The notes below the pieces were generated by a model. It saw only the letters and a program-made list of their open reading frames with translations, had not been told where the DNA came from and did no database searches. The position numbers were made by a program, and so were the translations under genes. 64,000 nt of DNA from Macrostomum lignano (Eukaryota), in contig NIVC01002189.1 of the NCBI GenBank assembly GCA_002269645.1, positions 124,001-188,000 of the forward strand, given 5' to 3'. The first letter of the stretch is position 1. Every line of letters starts with the position of its first letter. Shown here in pieces: positions 26,431 to 38,800 of this stretch.

Positions 26431-26566
26431 AGGCTCGTTCACACCACCAACACATAAGGCCAAATTTCCTGTAATCACAAAACTAGCTTGTACATTAAGT
26501 TTGATTCCTTTGTACATTGGTCGTGTGATTTGGGGGCTCAAAATTGATGGCAGTGTGAAGGAACCT
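26431..26566. mobile_element. Tourist-like (Harbinger) MITE
   Basis: aggctcgttcacac versus gtgtgaaggaacct, flanked by TTA/TTA. Confidence 0.5.
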
Positions 26567-26599
26567 TTAGCAAACTGCTACGAGCATAAACGCTGAGCG

Positions 26600-27380
26600 C
26601 ATTCGCTTTGCTATCTCATCTAGCTTGTTAAGGTGATAAGCGGACAGAGCCCCAAGGGAGTGGGGTTAGCAACCGCTGTCTTTATTGGCCTGGCAGAGCG
26701 AGGGCTTGGTGAGGCTCACTTTGCAGTTGATTGGCGAAGCGGGCATGCTTTAAACCGCCGCCTACCGGGTATTTCAGGCGTCCGAGCGTAGCCGAGAACA
26801 AGCCCCCCCCCCAAACCAGCCAGCTCAGACTGCACGGCACAGAGAAAGCGACAATTCAACAGACAGAAACAGGAAAAGCAGAGAGTTGGAATCGAGCCCA
26901 AGACCTGCCTAAAGACCAGACGAGAGAAACAGCTAGATGAGAAGGCAGGAGTTGTTCATCCGAACAATACTGGTAGTCGGTGTCGTCTATGTAAGTGACA
27001 ACTGTATTATTTTTTACAACGTTTCCGATTTTGGTGTCTCGTAAACATTGATTTTGAGTAGCAATATAAGTTTCACACCAAAACATTAAAACCACATAAC
27101 TTTGATATTTACATTAGCTGGGTCTTTGATATTTACATTAGCTGGGTCGGGTTTGTTGAGAACTTGGGGTACAGTGAGTCTGGCCGATCGATAAAGCAAA
27201 GAAACCGAAAAAAACGCGTTAGTCAGAACAAGCACAAGGCAAACGCACTCCTCTGAGGATCTCGCGAGGCACAGGAGACGAAAAGCAGAGAATTTTTGCC
27301 GTCTTTCCAACATCTGCTTCTCTGCATATTGTGGAACAACGACAAGCACCCATTGGCCACTATATTAAAAGTGCAAATTT
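26600..27380. repeat. Paralogous upstream block, homologous to 60100-60690
   Basis: Collinear moderately diverged match (ctatctcatctagctt ... atattaaaagtgca); reading frames broken in both copies. Confidence 0.75.
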
Positions 27381-27613
27381 TAGCTTTGGTAAATAGATTT
27401 GGAACTGCTTAGAATAGATGATGGAAGCCAAAAAGTTTATTTATTCTATATACTTCTAAAATTGGTTTGAGCAAACTTGGACCCGCAGAGCTATTAGCGT
27501 GTACCGGCTTTTAGTCTAGAATTGGTATGGGCACAAAAACTAGCCAAAGTCTAGTGGGATGACTTTGGACCAAGTCACGGCTTTCCTAGAAAGAGCTATA
27601 GTCTATGGTCTAA

Positions 27614-28340
27614 GTCTATGGTAGCCGCTGCTAGCTGGTGCAATTCTGCATACCTTAGTCTATGGTAGCCACTGCTAGCTGGTGCAATTCTGCATACCTT
27701 AGTCTATGGTAGCCGCTGCTAGCTGGTGCAATTCTGCATACCTTAGTCTATGGTAGCCGCTGCTAGCTGGTGCAATTCTGCATACCTTAGTCTATGGTAG
27801 CCGCTGCTAGCTGGTGCAATTCTGCATACCTTAGTCTATGGTAGCCGCTGCTAGCTGGTGCAATTCTGCATACCTTAGTCTATGGTAGCCGCTGCTAGCT
27901 GGTGCAATTCTGCATACCTTAGTCTATGGTAGCCGCTGCTAGCTGGTGCAATTCTGCATACCTTAGTCTATGGTAGCCGCTGCTAGCTGGTGCAATTCTG
28001 CATACCTTAGTCTATGGTAGCCGCTGCTAGCTGGTGCAATTCTGCATACCTTAGTCTATGGTAGCCGCTGCTAGCTGGTGCAATTCTGCATACCTTAGTC
28101 TATGGTAGCCGCTGCTAGCTGGTGCAATTCTGCATACCTTAGTCTATGGTAGCCGCTGCTAGCTGGTGCAATTCTGCATACCTTAGTCTATGGTAGCCGC
28201 TGCTAGCTGGTGCAATTCTGCATACCTTAGTCTATGGTAGCCGCTGCTAGCTGGTGCAATTCTGCATACCTTAGTCTATGGTAGCCGCTGCTAGCTGGTG
28301 CAATTCTGAATACCTTAGTCTATGATAGCTGCTGCTAGCT
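27614..28340. repeat. 44-bp minisatellite (~16 copies, agtctatggtagccgctgctagctggtgcaattctgcatacctt)
   Basis: Near-perfect tandem array without spacers. Confidence 0.95.
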
Positions 28341-28812
28341 GGCTCGTATTGCGATTCTGCACATCCTGTTGAAGACAGTTGCTTTGAGCTGCGTGCAGCA
28401 CGAATGAGTCGACTGAGAAGTCCCCGGATATAGCTAAGCAGCACTTAGCTAGTAGGGAGAAACTGGCTGCTTTGAGAGATTAGGCAGTGTTGAAGGCGAT
28501 TTCATTTCCGTGTAACTTCCCAGCAGCAATTGTCCCTACTGCGTCCGGAGCAAATAATTCTGGCGTTAATTTTTTATAGAAGCGAGACAGCCAGTTGCAC
28601 ACCAATTTTACTCTATAAGTAATTTTTTCTTGAAATTTCTACAAGTTCTATTTGCTATGATGCCAACAGACCTTCTGTTTCTGGATAGGCCCACTAGCAA
28701 TGAGTCATCAATAAGTTTGCATTGCCACAAATTTTTTTGAGTTGGCCTCGGCAAAGCCATACGGCTCATCAGTCCGCACGCATTTCTCACCTCGACTTCC
28801 GCAATCTCCCAG

Positions 28813-29326
28813 GCAACGTGGAAAACTGCCGGCTGGTACTGGTCTGATGGTGAGGAAATTCCCAGGTCAGTCGTTTCGAGTCAATGGCCTTCTGTTGTGC
28901 CAAAGCCGCTGAACCCTGAGCCAAACAAGCCTCATGCACAGCAGGCTTTGAATTCGTTTCCAACTTCGCTAAAGCTAGCGACGCCAACTGCCAGAACTAC
29001 ACCTACAACTCAGAGTACGCGAACAACCACAAGAGCTGCAGTCGCGCCCACAAAGAAAGCTGCACCAGCGTTCAATTCGTCTGCTCGCATACCGCGAATT
29101 CTGCACCAGGCGTTTGCATCCGAGATGGTCTACGAAAACTACCTGCCTTACATTAACAGCTGCATGGCGCTGAACCCGGACTGGACATATTATCTGTGGC
29201 GGGACAGCGACGCGGAGGCGCTGATCAGCTCCGCCTATCCGGAGTTTCTCGCCAAGTACAAGAAATACTCTGACGTGCTGGAGCGGGCCGACTCTATTCG
29301 GTACATTGTTCTGCACCACTTTGGCG
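28813..29326 (+). CDS. GT32/DXD glycosyltransferase (SUR1/CSH1-like) copy 1, exon A; upstream exon not found
   Basis: Pro/Thr-rich stem then RIPRILHQ...LNPDWTYYLWRD...ERADSIRYIVLHHFG; tcccAG acceptor (alternative at 28741), GTGAG donor. Confidence 0.85.
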
Positions 29327-29942
29327 GTGAGCGGCTTTGAGGACTTGTTAGTTACCCGGAGCTTTGAGTGCCGCTTCAGGAAAGCATTTGAAGCTGAATC
29401 ATGCTTAATATAGATGCAAAATTGGTCAAATTGGATTGAAAGAAAATCTATAATTTCACATAGAAGCATACGAGCCAGCCCGTAAAAATAGACACACTCA
29501 AGCCCTGCCACTTGTAAAGTGCTCGCAACCAATTTTTCTATTGCAGCTCAGCGATGCTACCCTATTACAGCCGGGTGGGTGGTCAAATACCTCAGCATGA
29601 TAGATCATTCTCTTATTAACTGCCTACCTACGTACTAACCGCGGCCTGCTCTGCTTAACTAGCAGCGCTGGCGGTAAATGCGCTATTCACTTTGCTCTAT
29701 TCGCTAACGACCCCTGTAGGGTTTTCATAAGCGCCTTTAAATCTCATATAGGAGTGATATCAGATGTCTTTGCTAGTTTCTAGAATTGTTTTCCGGCTCT
29801 TTGCCAGTTACAAATTACAATGCTTCAGGTGTAAATGTTGCATAGACAAAATAATTGCCTATTTTGTCAAAAGGGTTCGGTCGTTCCTCAGTTACCAGGC
29901 ATGCATCGTTATGTTCCGACACTCCCTGCTCCGTTATTTCAG

Positions 29943-30311
29943 GAATTTACCTGGATATGGACGTACAGTGCGTCAGGCCATTCTTCCCAGCACTGGAGAA
30001 TTTTAACAGCTTTTTGGACCAGGAGCGAATCGAGCAGACGAACATCTTCTGGGGCTGGCCGTTCAGCGTGATGAACTCAGCAATGGGCTCCGCTCCCGGT
30101 CATCCGTTCTTCCGCGAGGTGATCAACGAAATGTTGCACAAGTCTCAGATTGGCAACGCGTTTGCCACCACGGGCCCGGCCATCCTCACCCAGGTGTACA
30201 AGCAATATACGGCTGTCAAGCCCGCGGTGCCGGTCACCCTGCTCGAGCCGAATGTGATGTCGCCCCTCATGGATGGCAACAAGAACTGGCGCAGCATGTG
30301 CGGCTCATTGG
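29943..30311 (+). CDS. GT32 glycosyltransferase copy 1, exon B
   Basis: Splicing gives GGIYLDMDV (DXD) ... NSAMGSAPGHPFF ... TTGP; canonical AG/GT, phase 1/1. Confidence 0.9.
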
Positions 30312-31912
30312 GTGAGATCCCTTTTGGAGCTTAAATTAATTGTGCAGAGAGTTTAGGCAGGGAAAAATGACTAGTGACAAAAATAAGCAGAACGCTCAAC
30401 GACTCGGACTGCTGCGACCTCATTCTGGGTTGTTTAGTGGTTGTTGTTGCTAAATCACAGACGTTATTTGCGCAGAGGAAATGCTCGATTGATCAGTCAC
30501 CACTTAGCTTCTAAAAGTATACTTGCTTGTAAAACTTGACCTTGCAGTGCCGAAGCATTCACTTTGGAAACCTTACTATGATAACAGCGACGAGTATTGC
30601 TCTATGTAGCTGTTGCTCGTGCAGTACAGCGGCTTAGAAAGTCGTACTTAGCGATTCTGTGCATATTTTAGCCTAGATAACAATTGGTGAGGTAGCTCGT
30701 ACATGCGCTTAAATTTGGTAGTAGTATTTCACTATCAGCTACATGTGTGTGTACTAGCATGAAATGAAGCTCATCTTCAGACTGGAGCTGAAGGGTACGA
30801 GAATACAATGTAGAGACGTAATTAGGGGTTAAATAGGAGATCAATTTTCATAGCAGTCGTACTTATGCAATTCCGCCGCAATCAATAACTACGGCCCGGC
30901 ATACATGGGACACGCTGCCAAACATAAAAGAGACGCGCGACCGCCATGCATGTGGATATGAAATACGTCTCACAACCCGAGCAGTTGTGAGACACTCTGC
31001 TGCACAATTTTTCTCTTACTGCAATGCTTAGTATTGGCAAACGTTGGTCTTATCTACGTGTGAGTCACATTTAGCAAACCCTGAATAGCTAGCGATATAG
31101 CTGAGAGCGAGCAAAGTCTTGCGGAAGAGAGTGGAAATATGAATTCACATTTTTCCAAGTCGAGTCTTTGACCGGCTAGCTGGGTGCGTGCACAAGTCTG
31201 TCAGTTAATCTGCTTTCAAAACTTTTGCTTGACTGAATCGATAGGCACAAATAGCTGAAGGCGTGCAATTTTTCTACTTTTAAAAGCAGACAACACTTCA
31301 GTAAAGTTAGCAGATCCTGTAAGCAGGCGTCTATTCAGCTGATTCAACAAGAGCGGATTAAAACTAGAGTGACATGCGCGAATGACACACACAGACACAC
31401 GCGGAACTTTTTCCCTGACGATTTTCGGGTTGATGAAATTGTTGACACGCACGGAGTGAAGGCGCGGGTTTTTATTATCGATAGTTGAGAAAACTCTGCA
31501 AGAACAGTAGTCGAATGTTTTTTGTGAAAAAAGGGTTCCTAGGGGAAACAGGCACGCCATCAAGCCGCTCTGTTTTGCATGCGTAAGCTCTACAATTTCA
31601 ACGCTGGCTGTCAGAGAAGATTTTAGTCAGATCTGATTTGTCATTCAGTGAGGACTGAGGATCAAACAGCAGTGAGGATCTTGATTGCGCTGGTAGTTTC
31701 ATTCTATGAACAATGAGAGACCGGGAGGAAGCAGTAGGATCCCAGGCAGTAGTCGCTCTCTCCCGCATTACCATCGCCGGACTGGGGCTGCACGGTTCTC
31801 TCCTCCAGATACTTGTAAAGGCAGTACAATGCTTGGCCGTCAAGAGAGTTTACTAGCTATACTACTAGATTAGAATCTATTAATAATTTAATTTTATGCC
31901 CCTGCTTTTCAG

Positions 31913-32127
31913 CTGCAGCCAAATCGAAGCCGGACTCGCGGCGCAGCTGGAAAGAGCGCGGCTGCATCATGCTTGAGTCGAAGAACTGGCGCTACGATGA
32001 CTCGGACAATTCCACAATCTGCGTTCACAGATTCCTTCATCTTGGCTACGGCTTCGCTGCCGGGGCGCGCAAGAAGCCGTTTAATGTCACTGCCCGCTTC
32101 TGGCCCCGGGTTCGAACTTTCAAATGA
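31913..32127 (+). CDS. GT32 glycosyltransferase copy 1, last exon
   Basis: ttttcAG acceptor, phase matches; AAAKSKPDSRRSWKERGC...TICVHRFLHLGY...RTFK-stop. Confidence 0.75.
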
Positions 32128-33679
32128 AGAGGTAACAGGTGGCTGACTGTCAAGTGCCTAAGCTTCTAGTGATGCCATTTCATAACAGAAGGAAAGTTCA
32201 CACTGCGAATTCAAAGAAACGCTTTGGAATGTCTCGTAGCTCGTTGGTGTTGCAATTCACAAATTTGATGGACTTTAGCCGCAGGACAGAAGCAGTAGTG
32301 TTAGTGTTTTAGAACATTTTCCTGTGCAAGAAGTGTCAAATACTCGTATTCCATGTCAAATGCAATAGTGTTTGCTTATTTTAAACAAGATCTTGCTCTT
32401 GTACTGTTTTGTCATTGAACCTTGATCCGAATTGACCCGATGGCTTAGCATGCACATGCACTATTCATCAGCTCATGCATCTCTACAGGTGCTTTGGAGG
32501 ACAGATTCTACTGTAAACTAGCCATAATTACGCTCGTTGTTACTTACCATCATTCGGTGGATGAGAGCACTGCCGCGTCTTGGCTGAATTTTGCGTATTG
32601 TTTGATTGAAACGAATTCTGACGGCTTGATGCGTGTCTGCTCATTCTGTCATATTCATCCTCCGCAGATGCAGCTATATTTTGCATGCGGCACCAATAGA
32701 TTTGTGATGAAGCGTCAGACGGACATGAAAACTTCAGTTATGAGCACAATTTCGTATAAAGATTCCCTATGACTCACAATTTACCGTACGGATATATTTT
32801 ACACATAATGCAATTGCGTTTCCGAGACTGTCAGATGCATTAGAAATTACATTTTTGCCAATCAGTTCATGTTCCAATGTGCTGTGATTAGTTTTGTTAC
32901 AAATAAGTAGCCGAATTAATTAATCTATAAAAGCTACAAATTCCCATGTAGGTTAAAGCATTGTAAGAGCGAAAATGACATTCCATCACTATAATCTATC
33001 TAATACTTGTATATCTAATATATAGTCTTTATTATGTTTCTACTTACTAGCTCTTATTATTTCAATACCTCGTGACTGAGGTGTGTCAATGTTTTCGCTT
33101 CAATTTTTCCAGCAAATGCCTATCGTAATGAATGCGACGAAGATTCAGATAGATTTAACTTCTTAAATTTAATTTGCGTTGAAAATTGAGTCCTGGTAGT
33201 AAGCGGCAGTCTTCGTGGCTGAGAGGCCGTGCTCTTAGAGCTACTGACTTGTGCAAGATTCATTTAGCTTGCACTATAAATGTAAAGCTTACTTCCCTAC
33301 GACTGCTTATAAAATCAAGAAAATTAGCCTATCAGGTAAGCCAGATAAAGCTGCATGTACGCGCGTTACTCACTTGTAACTCTACAGCCGCGAGATAACG
33401 AGAAAACCTACTTATAATGTACACCCGTAACAAAAAATTACCTGCTTTAAAAGTACTCGCATATTCTTCTAGCCAATAGGCATTACTCGTCAAGGAAATA
33501 CTGGATGACTCGAAAAAGATGCAGGAGCGTGTGGACTACTAGACGTAGTCGAAGACGTAGACGCTACTCTTGCAATTTCATTTTGATGCTAAAGATCAAC
33601 CTCTTCTTATTTTGTGGGCAGACATCGCCCTTCACTTAAAGAATTATAGCGTCTTTCTAGACGTATGTCACTTAAATCG

Positions 33680-34165
33680 TATGACGGCCGGTATGTATGG
33701 TCTAAGACGGCCGATGTATGTAGTCTAAGAGGGCCGATGTCTATGGTCTAAGACGGCCGATGTATGTAGTCTAAGAGGGCCGATGTCTATGGTCTAAGAC
33801 GGCCGATGTCTATGGTCTAAGACGGACGATGTCTATGGTCTAAGACGGCCGATGTCTATGGTCTAAGAAGGCCGATGTATGTAGTCTAAGAGGGCCGATG
33901 TTTATGGTCTAAGACGGACGATGTCTATGGTCTAAGAAGGCCGATGTCTATGGTCTAAGAAGGCCGATGTATGTAGTCTAAGACGGCCGATGTCTATGGT
34001 CTAAGACGGCCGATGTATGTAGTCTAAGACGGCCGATGTCTATGGTCTAAGAAGGCCGATGTATGTAGTCTAAGACGGCCGATGTCTATGGTCTAAGACG
34101 GCCGATGTATGTAGTCTAAGACGACCGATGTCTATGGTCTAAGACGACCGATGTCTATGGTAGAA
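33680..34165. repeat. 23-bp minisatellite (gtctatggtctaagacggccgat variants, ~21 copies)
   Basis: Tandem array visible; paralogue at 46650-47105. Confidence 0.9.
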
Positions 34166-35804
34166 GACGGCCGGGGGTCGGACACTGATTCAACTTGAAG
34201 CTTAACTCAGTGACTCAGCTCACAACGTTTCAGAAGCCTTCAGAGCGAAAAATGAAATTTCGAGCGTCTTTAACGCCTTGTAGGCCCTAAACGGTTTGAT
34301 ATGTAAAAAAATAAATTACATGCACTATACAACAAGACGGGACTTGATAAAACTAACATTTTTTACTTTCCTAAATTCAACCCTATAATGTACCGTGCTT
34401 TTCCTTTACAGATTGGGCCGTACCTCAGCTAGGAAACTTTACAAATAGCTCGATCTGTTGCACTTCCTGCCCACGGATATCTTTTTTATAGAAAAAGTTT
34501 CGTGACATTCGCTTGTACCATTGGCTGAGAGAGGAACCTTTCAGCTGCCTTTCTGCCTGCCCTATCTATGAGTGTAGGGTGAACACGAATTGTCCACCCT
34601 ACAATCCGTGCTCATTCTGAGTTCTATGGTTCTGTAGGGTGTAGAGAGCGTCTAGTCCAGTTTTACACAATTAATTTACGAGGGCCCGAGACAGGGTCAG
34701 AGCAGGAAATCTCAGTCTACTAGTGTGCTACATTGAGAAGTTATCGATCCTATTCTATAGGTTTTTCCTAGTCAAGTAGTCAACACAGCCAACTCAAATG
34801 CAATTAATTCAGTTTCAAGTTGCAACAAGTTGTAAATTGTCAATTTAGAGTTACCAAAAGACCAATTCAAGTGCGCCATAAGTGACGACTCATTGGGGAA
34901 TGGCCGATATGCTGATAGGCGGCTAGGCCGATATGCTAGGGTTAGGGTTTGGATTACGGCTAGGTTTAACAGTCGGATGCCGAAGCTATTTTTCCACTGC
35001 ACGGATGCCGATGGGGGGGGGTATTTCAAATACCCAAAAAGTTATCCACGCCATAACTCTTGAACCCGACGATGGATTCGTCTGAAAATTCACAGTACGG
35101 GCTAAAATTTATCGAGGAATCTGATGAAGCCATCGCCGGCTCTCTCCGACATCGAGATCGTTGAGATATTCAGCGATTCTCAAGGAGGTCCCCCTGTTGG
35201 CAGTAAGGTGCACAAAATGATCCCAAACCTCATTTCAGCCATTGGTGAGGTAACCCAGAACACTTTTAGTGCGCTACAACAATGCCCCGTGGCCACCGTC
35301 GACCATCGTCAGGACATTCAACGAGCACATTCTGACATCATCGGAATTTGAGATCCGAAACAAATTTCGGTCAAATATTTATTATGAAATCTTGTCAATG
35401 AGCAACCTACGACTCCTTCTTGCATTCAACCTACTTCCTGCACCACCCCGACCGTCTAAACGACCATCGGGACCTTCAACGGATGTTTCCATCGGACTTC
35501 TGGCAGTCTGCAATGATCTACAATAAACAGCATGCAATGGACGCATGAACCAAAAGTGTACATAGCAAGGCCTCCACTTTTTTCATTCACCGCCATGTCT
35601 TGTCCCACCGAAACTCATAAACCTGCCTTTGTGCCTGTCATTAAATTTGCAAGTTGCATAGTAAAAAAATTGTTTCCGCTCTGACAACAATCAAAATTTC
35701 AGTCCGAAATTAGACCATAACCGTTATAAGAGCATTTCGAATTTCTACTGCAAATTTATGTCGGCAGTTTTAAGCATAAAGCTTTCCAGTAAAACATGAT
35801 TAGG

Positions 35805-38800
35805 CCGAGGCGGGAACTTGTGACTGAGTTCTCGGGTTGGGCCCGAGGTAGTTGAGCCGGTCTGAATTGAAGGCCGGGCAGTATCAAACGAAGTCTTCAT
35901 TCTCGAGGTTGCAAAAGGGGCAGAGTTTGCTCCGTCGGTCGGACGCCTCGGAAGTTAATTGTGAGAGCGCAGATAACGCTGGCCCAGACTAGGCCGACGT
36001 AGGTATCAGCCGGCCGGACCATTGCGGTGTAGATCCAACAAAGCCGCCCAGGTGGAGAGCTGCTCAGCTGCGCAAGAATCGCGAGGGCTTTTTTGGTTTT
36101 GGCATGAACATGGGTAGACCAGCTCAGCCTGTGGTCCAGCGTAACGCCGAGACATTGAATTCGCTTGCAGGATGGAATTTCCACTCTCTATCTCTATCCA
36201 TGACCATGTTCCAGGGAAATGGAGAGCGAACACCGCCTTGGGGGTTGCCTTTACAGACGGTTACTGTCCGTTGGTGGCCCAGCAGGGGCGCAGTGGCAGT
36301 ACGGTGGCTGATCATATGCATGATCCCCCGAATAAGGTGTGAGTGGGTTCCTCTAGCACGTAGAGCTCTGTCGAAGGCCTCGAAGAAAACATTATCGAAG
36401 GCTCTAACAATGTGAAGGAAGACAGCAAGAGGGTAACCGTTGCCCAGAATGACTTTCTCCAACAAGTCGAGCAAGACATGTAGCATTTAGCATGCTCTCC
36501 GTGGACCTGCCTTCCTGGTCGACCGGGCTTGCGGATAAAAACCACCCCAGCCTAAGTCAAGGATTTTAGAACAAAGCTGAGTACCACACCAGCTGGCAGG
36601 CCACATCATCCGCGCCAAGTCTGATGAAAGTCTAACGCTGCAGGCACCCTACCGGCGCGGCCAGGCTCGAACTCGGCGTTTCGTCGACTGCCTGCTAGCC
36701 GACGCTGGCGCCCCGGACTCTGCCGGCGGTGCGGCCTTGTTTGCGCCCAAGCTCTGAAGCGTGCCCTGTGACGCTGCTTTTTTCCACCTGACAGCGTACT
36801 CTGTTGTTGTTGTTTTTGTTGAGTACGAGCTACCACGCAGGCTTTCAGGATCCGGCAAAGGTTCCGCAGGAAGGCTGGCTCAATGCCATCCGGTTCTGTG
36901 GATTTAAAAGGTTAGAAGGAGGAGGCCGCCTAATAGTAATGCGTTCCTCTGTGATGATATTAAATTAGCCAGCTGAGTGATCAGGGGGTCGGGCCTGGCT
37001 GGCTAGTTCCGGAAAAATGCTGTAAGCATCGTCTCCAGTGTTTCTCCAGGATTCTCAGTGAGTGAGCCGTCGGCTCTTTTGACTGAGAAGTGTTTGGAAA
37101 TTTTGTCCAGCGTAAGGGCTTTAACGATCCTGGAGGTGAGACGGGAGCCCTCGAGTTCCTCACAGTATTCGCGCTACTTGTTTGTTTTGGCGTTTCTGAC
37201 CTGCCTCTTGAACTCATGGATTGAATTAAGGTAGGTTTTTAGTTTTCTGGACCCTGCGGGTTCCACCATGTTGCCGACTGTTTGCCTTTTTATGTATTTA
37301 GCGCTTTAGTAGGCTTCGTAGGCAGCAGTGAGCGAGTCCGTGAGTCGCAAAGTCATCTGATCCTCGCACGTGCTGATGGAGACTGGAATGCTACGGCTAC
37401 GAAAGGTCTCCTCCAAGACAAGGCTGAAGGTCGTCCAGTCGGTACTTCTAGCATTCCGTTTCCAGTAGAGATGGCTAGCGTTTCGGGCGCCAGCCAGTTT
37501 GAAAAAAAATGAACTTGTGGTCGGAGTGGGACGCTTCAGGAAACACTCGCCACTTCTTAATGCTCTGGGAAAGCCTGATGTGGCAAGGGTGTCATCCAAC
37601 ACCTCTAATCGGCGGCCGTTTTAGGACGTAGGGGTATTACCCGAGTTGCAGAACTCAAGGGTTGTAGTGGTACCTCGTAATATAGGCCAGGAAGGCTTCG
37701 CCTCTCTGGTTGATGTCAGAACTACCCCGGTGGGTGTGGTGGACGTTGATGTCACCCGCCACAAGCAGCTCGCAGTTCCTGATGGAGCAAAGCTCAACCA
37801 GTGTGACAAGCTCTTCTCGGATCATCTCACCGTCGCCCGGTAGGTAAACCGAGGCGATAAGGGAGGGTTAGTCCTCCCAGGGAGTATGTCTTCAGATTGG
37901 ATGAAACAGATGTCTTTGGTGGACAGGTCCGATCTGAACCATGCCTTAAAAGAGCGGGACAACATGATACAGGATCTTGGTTCCAGGTTTCCCTCACGGC
38001 TGTCAGCGGTTAAACACTGGCAGCCGAGAAGACATATTTGGGGCAACCTCTGAGCGTCAAGGTTTCCTGGATTAGGATGATCCCTGGTGTTTAGGTCAAT
38101 GTGATTCAGAAGATTGAGGGAAGCAGCAATGCTGTGCTGCAGGTTGACCTGCAAGCAGTGACGACTGCCCTAGGAGACAGTCATATCTACTGTCCAGGGG
38201 AAGAAAAAGACGTATCCTTAGACAACTCAGCACTAATCGATGAGGCTATGTCCATTGGCTCAGGCTCAGCCGCCTCCCCAGCCGCAGAGGTGGACGCGGC
38301 GCCCGCGGCAGGTGAAACACTTAGCGACTGGCTGCTGAACTCACCTTGCGCCCCGCCGTCAGGAGTCTGGACTCGGCCGGCAGCATCCTCCTGGTAGCAA
38401 TCCCACCAGTTGGATGACTGCCGTCCTCCAGCTCCTTCGGCAAGCTTTGGTTAGCAGTTTGACGAGCAGCACGAGTCTGCTCGAGGTGAAGTCTTAGAGA
38501 CTGAGCTTCATCAAGTGTGCGCGCGCTGAATTAGCCCGGACCGCCGACTACTGCGGCCGGGTCTACGTCCGCGCGAGGCAGACTCAGCAGCGCGAATAGC
38601 ATTGTTAGGCTCTGGATTGGGTTGCTGCTGTCGCTTGGTCGGCGGAGCCTGAGCCCCAGCTTCGGGTGCGGTGCGCTTCCCGTCGTTCTTGGCCTCCGTC
38701 TTGCCCTCCTCATAGCGGAGGATGGTCAGTTGATGGAGACTAAGGTGGAGGGTCGAGCGTTACGATGGCCGCTTGGTCATGCCCTTCGTCAGTCCGAGGA

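Larger units (their letters stand above)
28447..34788 (+). repeat. Segmental duplication, copy 1 (~6.3 kb)
   Basis: Near-identical and collinear with 41341-47740 (offset ~12.9-13.0 kb). Confidence 0.95.

Noticed and set aside
27614-28340. CRISPR-like appearance of the 44-, 39- and 23-bp arrays
   Set aside because: Units abut with no unique spacers, there are no cas genes, and the context is eukaryotic.
28750-28775. Hammerhead-like CUGAUGA-GCC-GUAU-GGC on minus (also CUGAAGA in the LTRs)
   Set aside because: The required GAAA after stem II is absent, or stem II does not close.
30975-31005. 10-bp hairpin gtctcacaac/gttgtgagac in GT32 intron
   Set aside because: Short and isolated; its presence in both copies reflects only the recent duplication.
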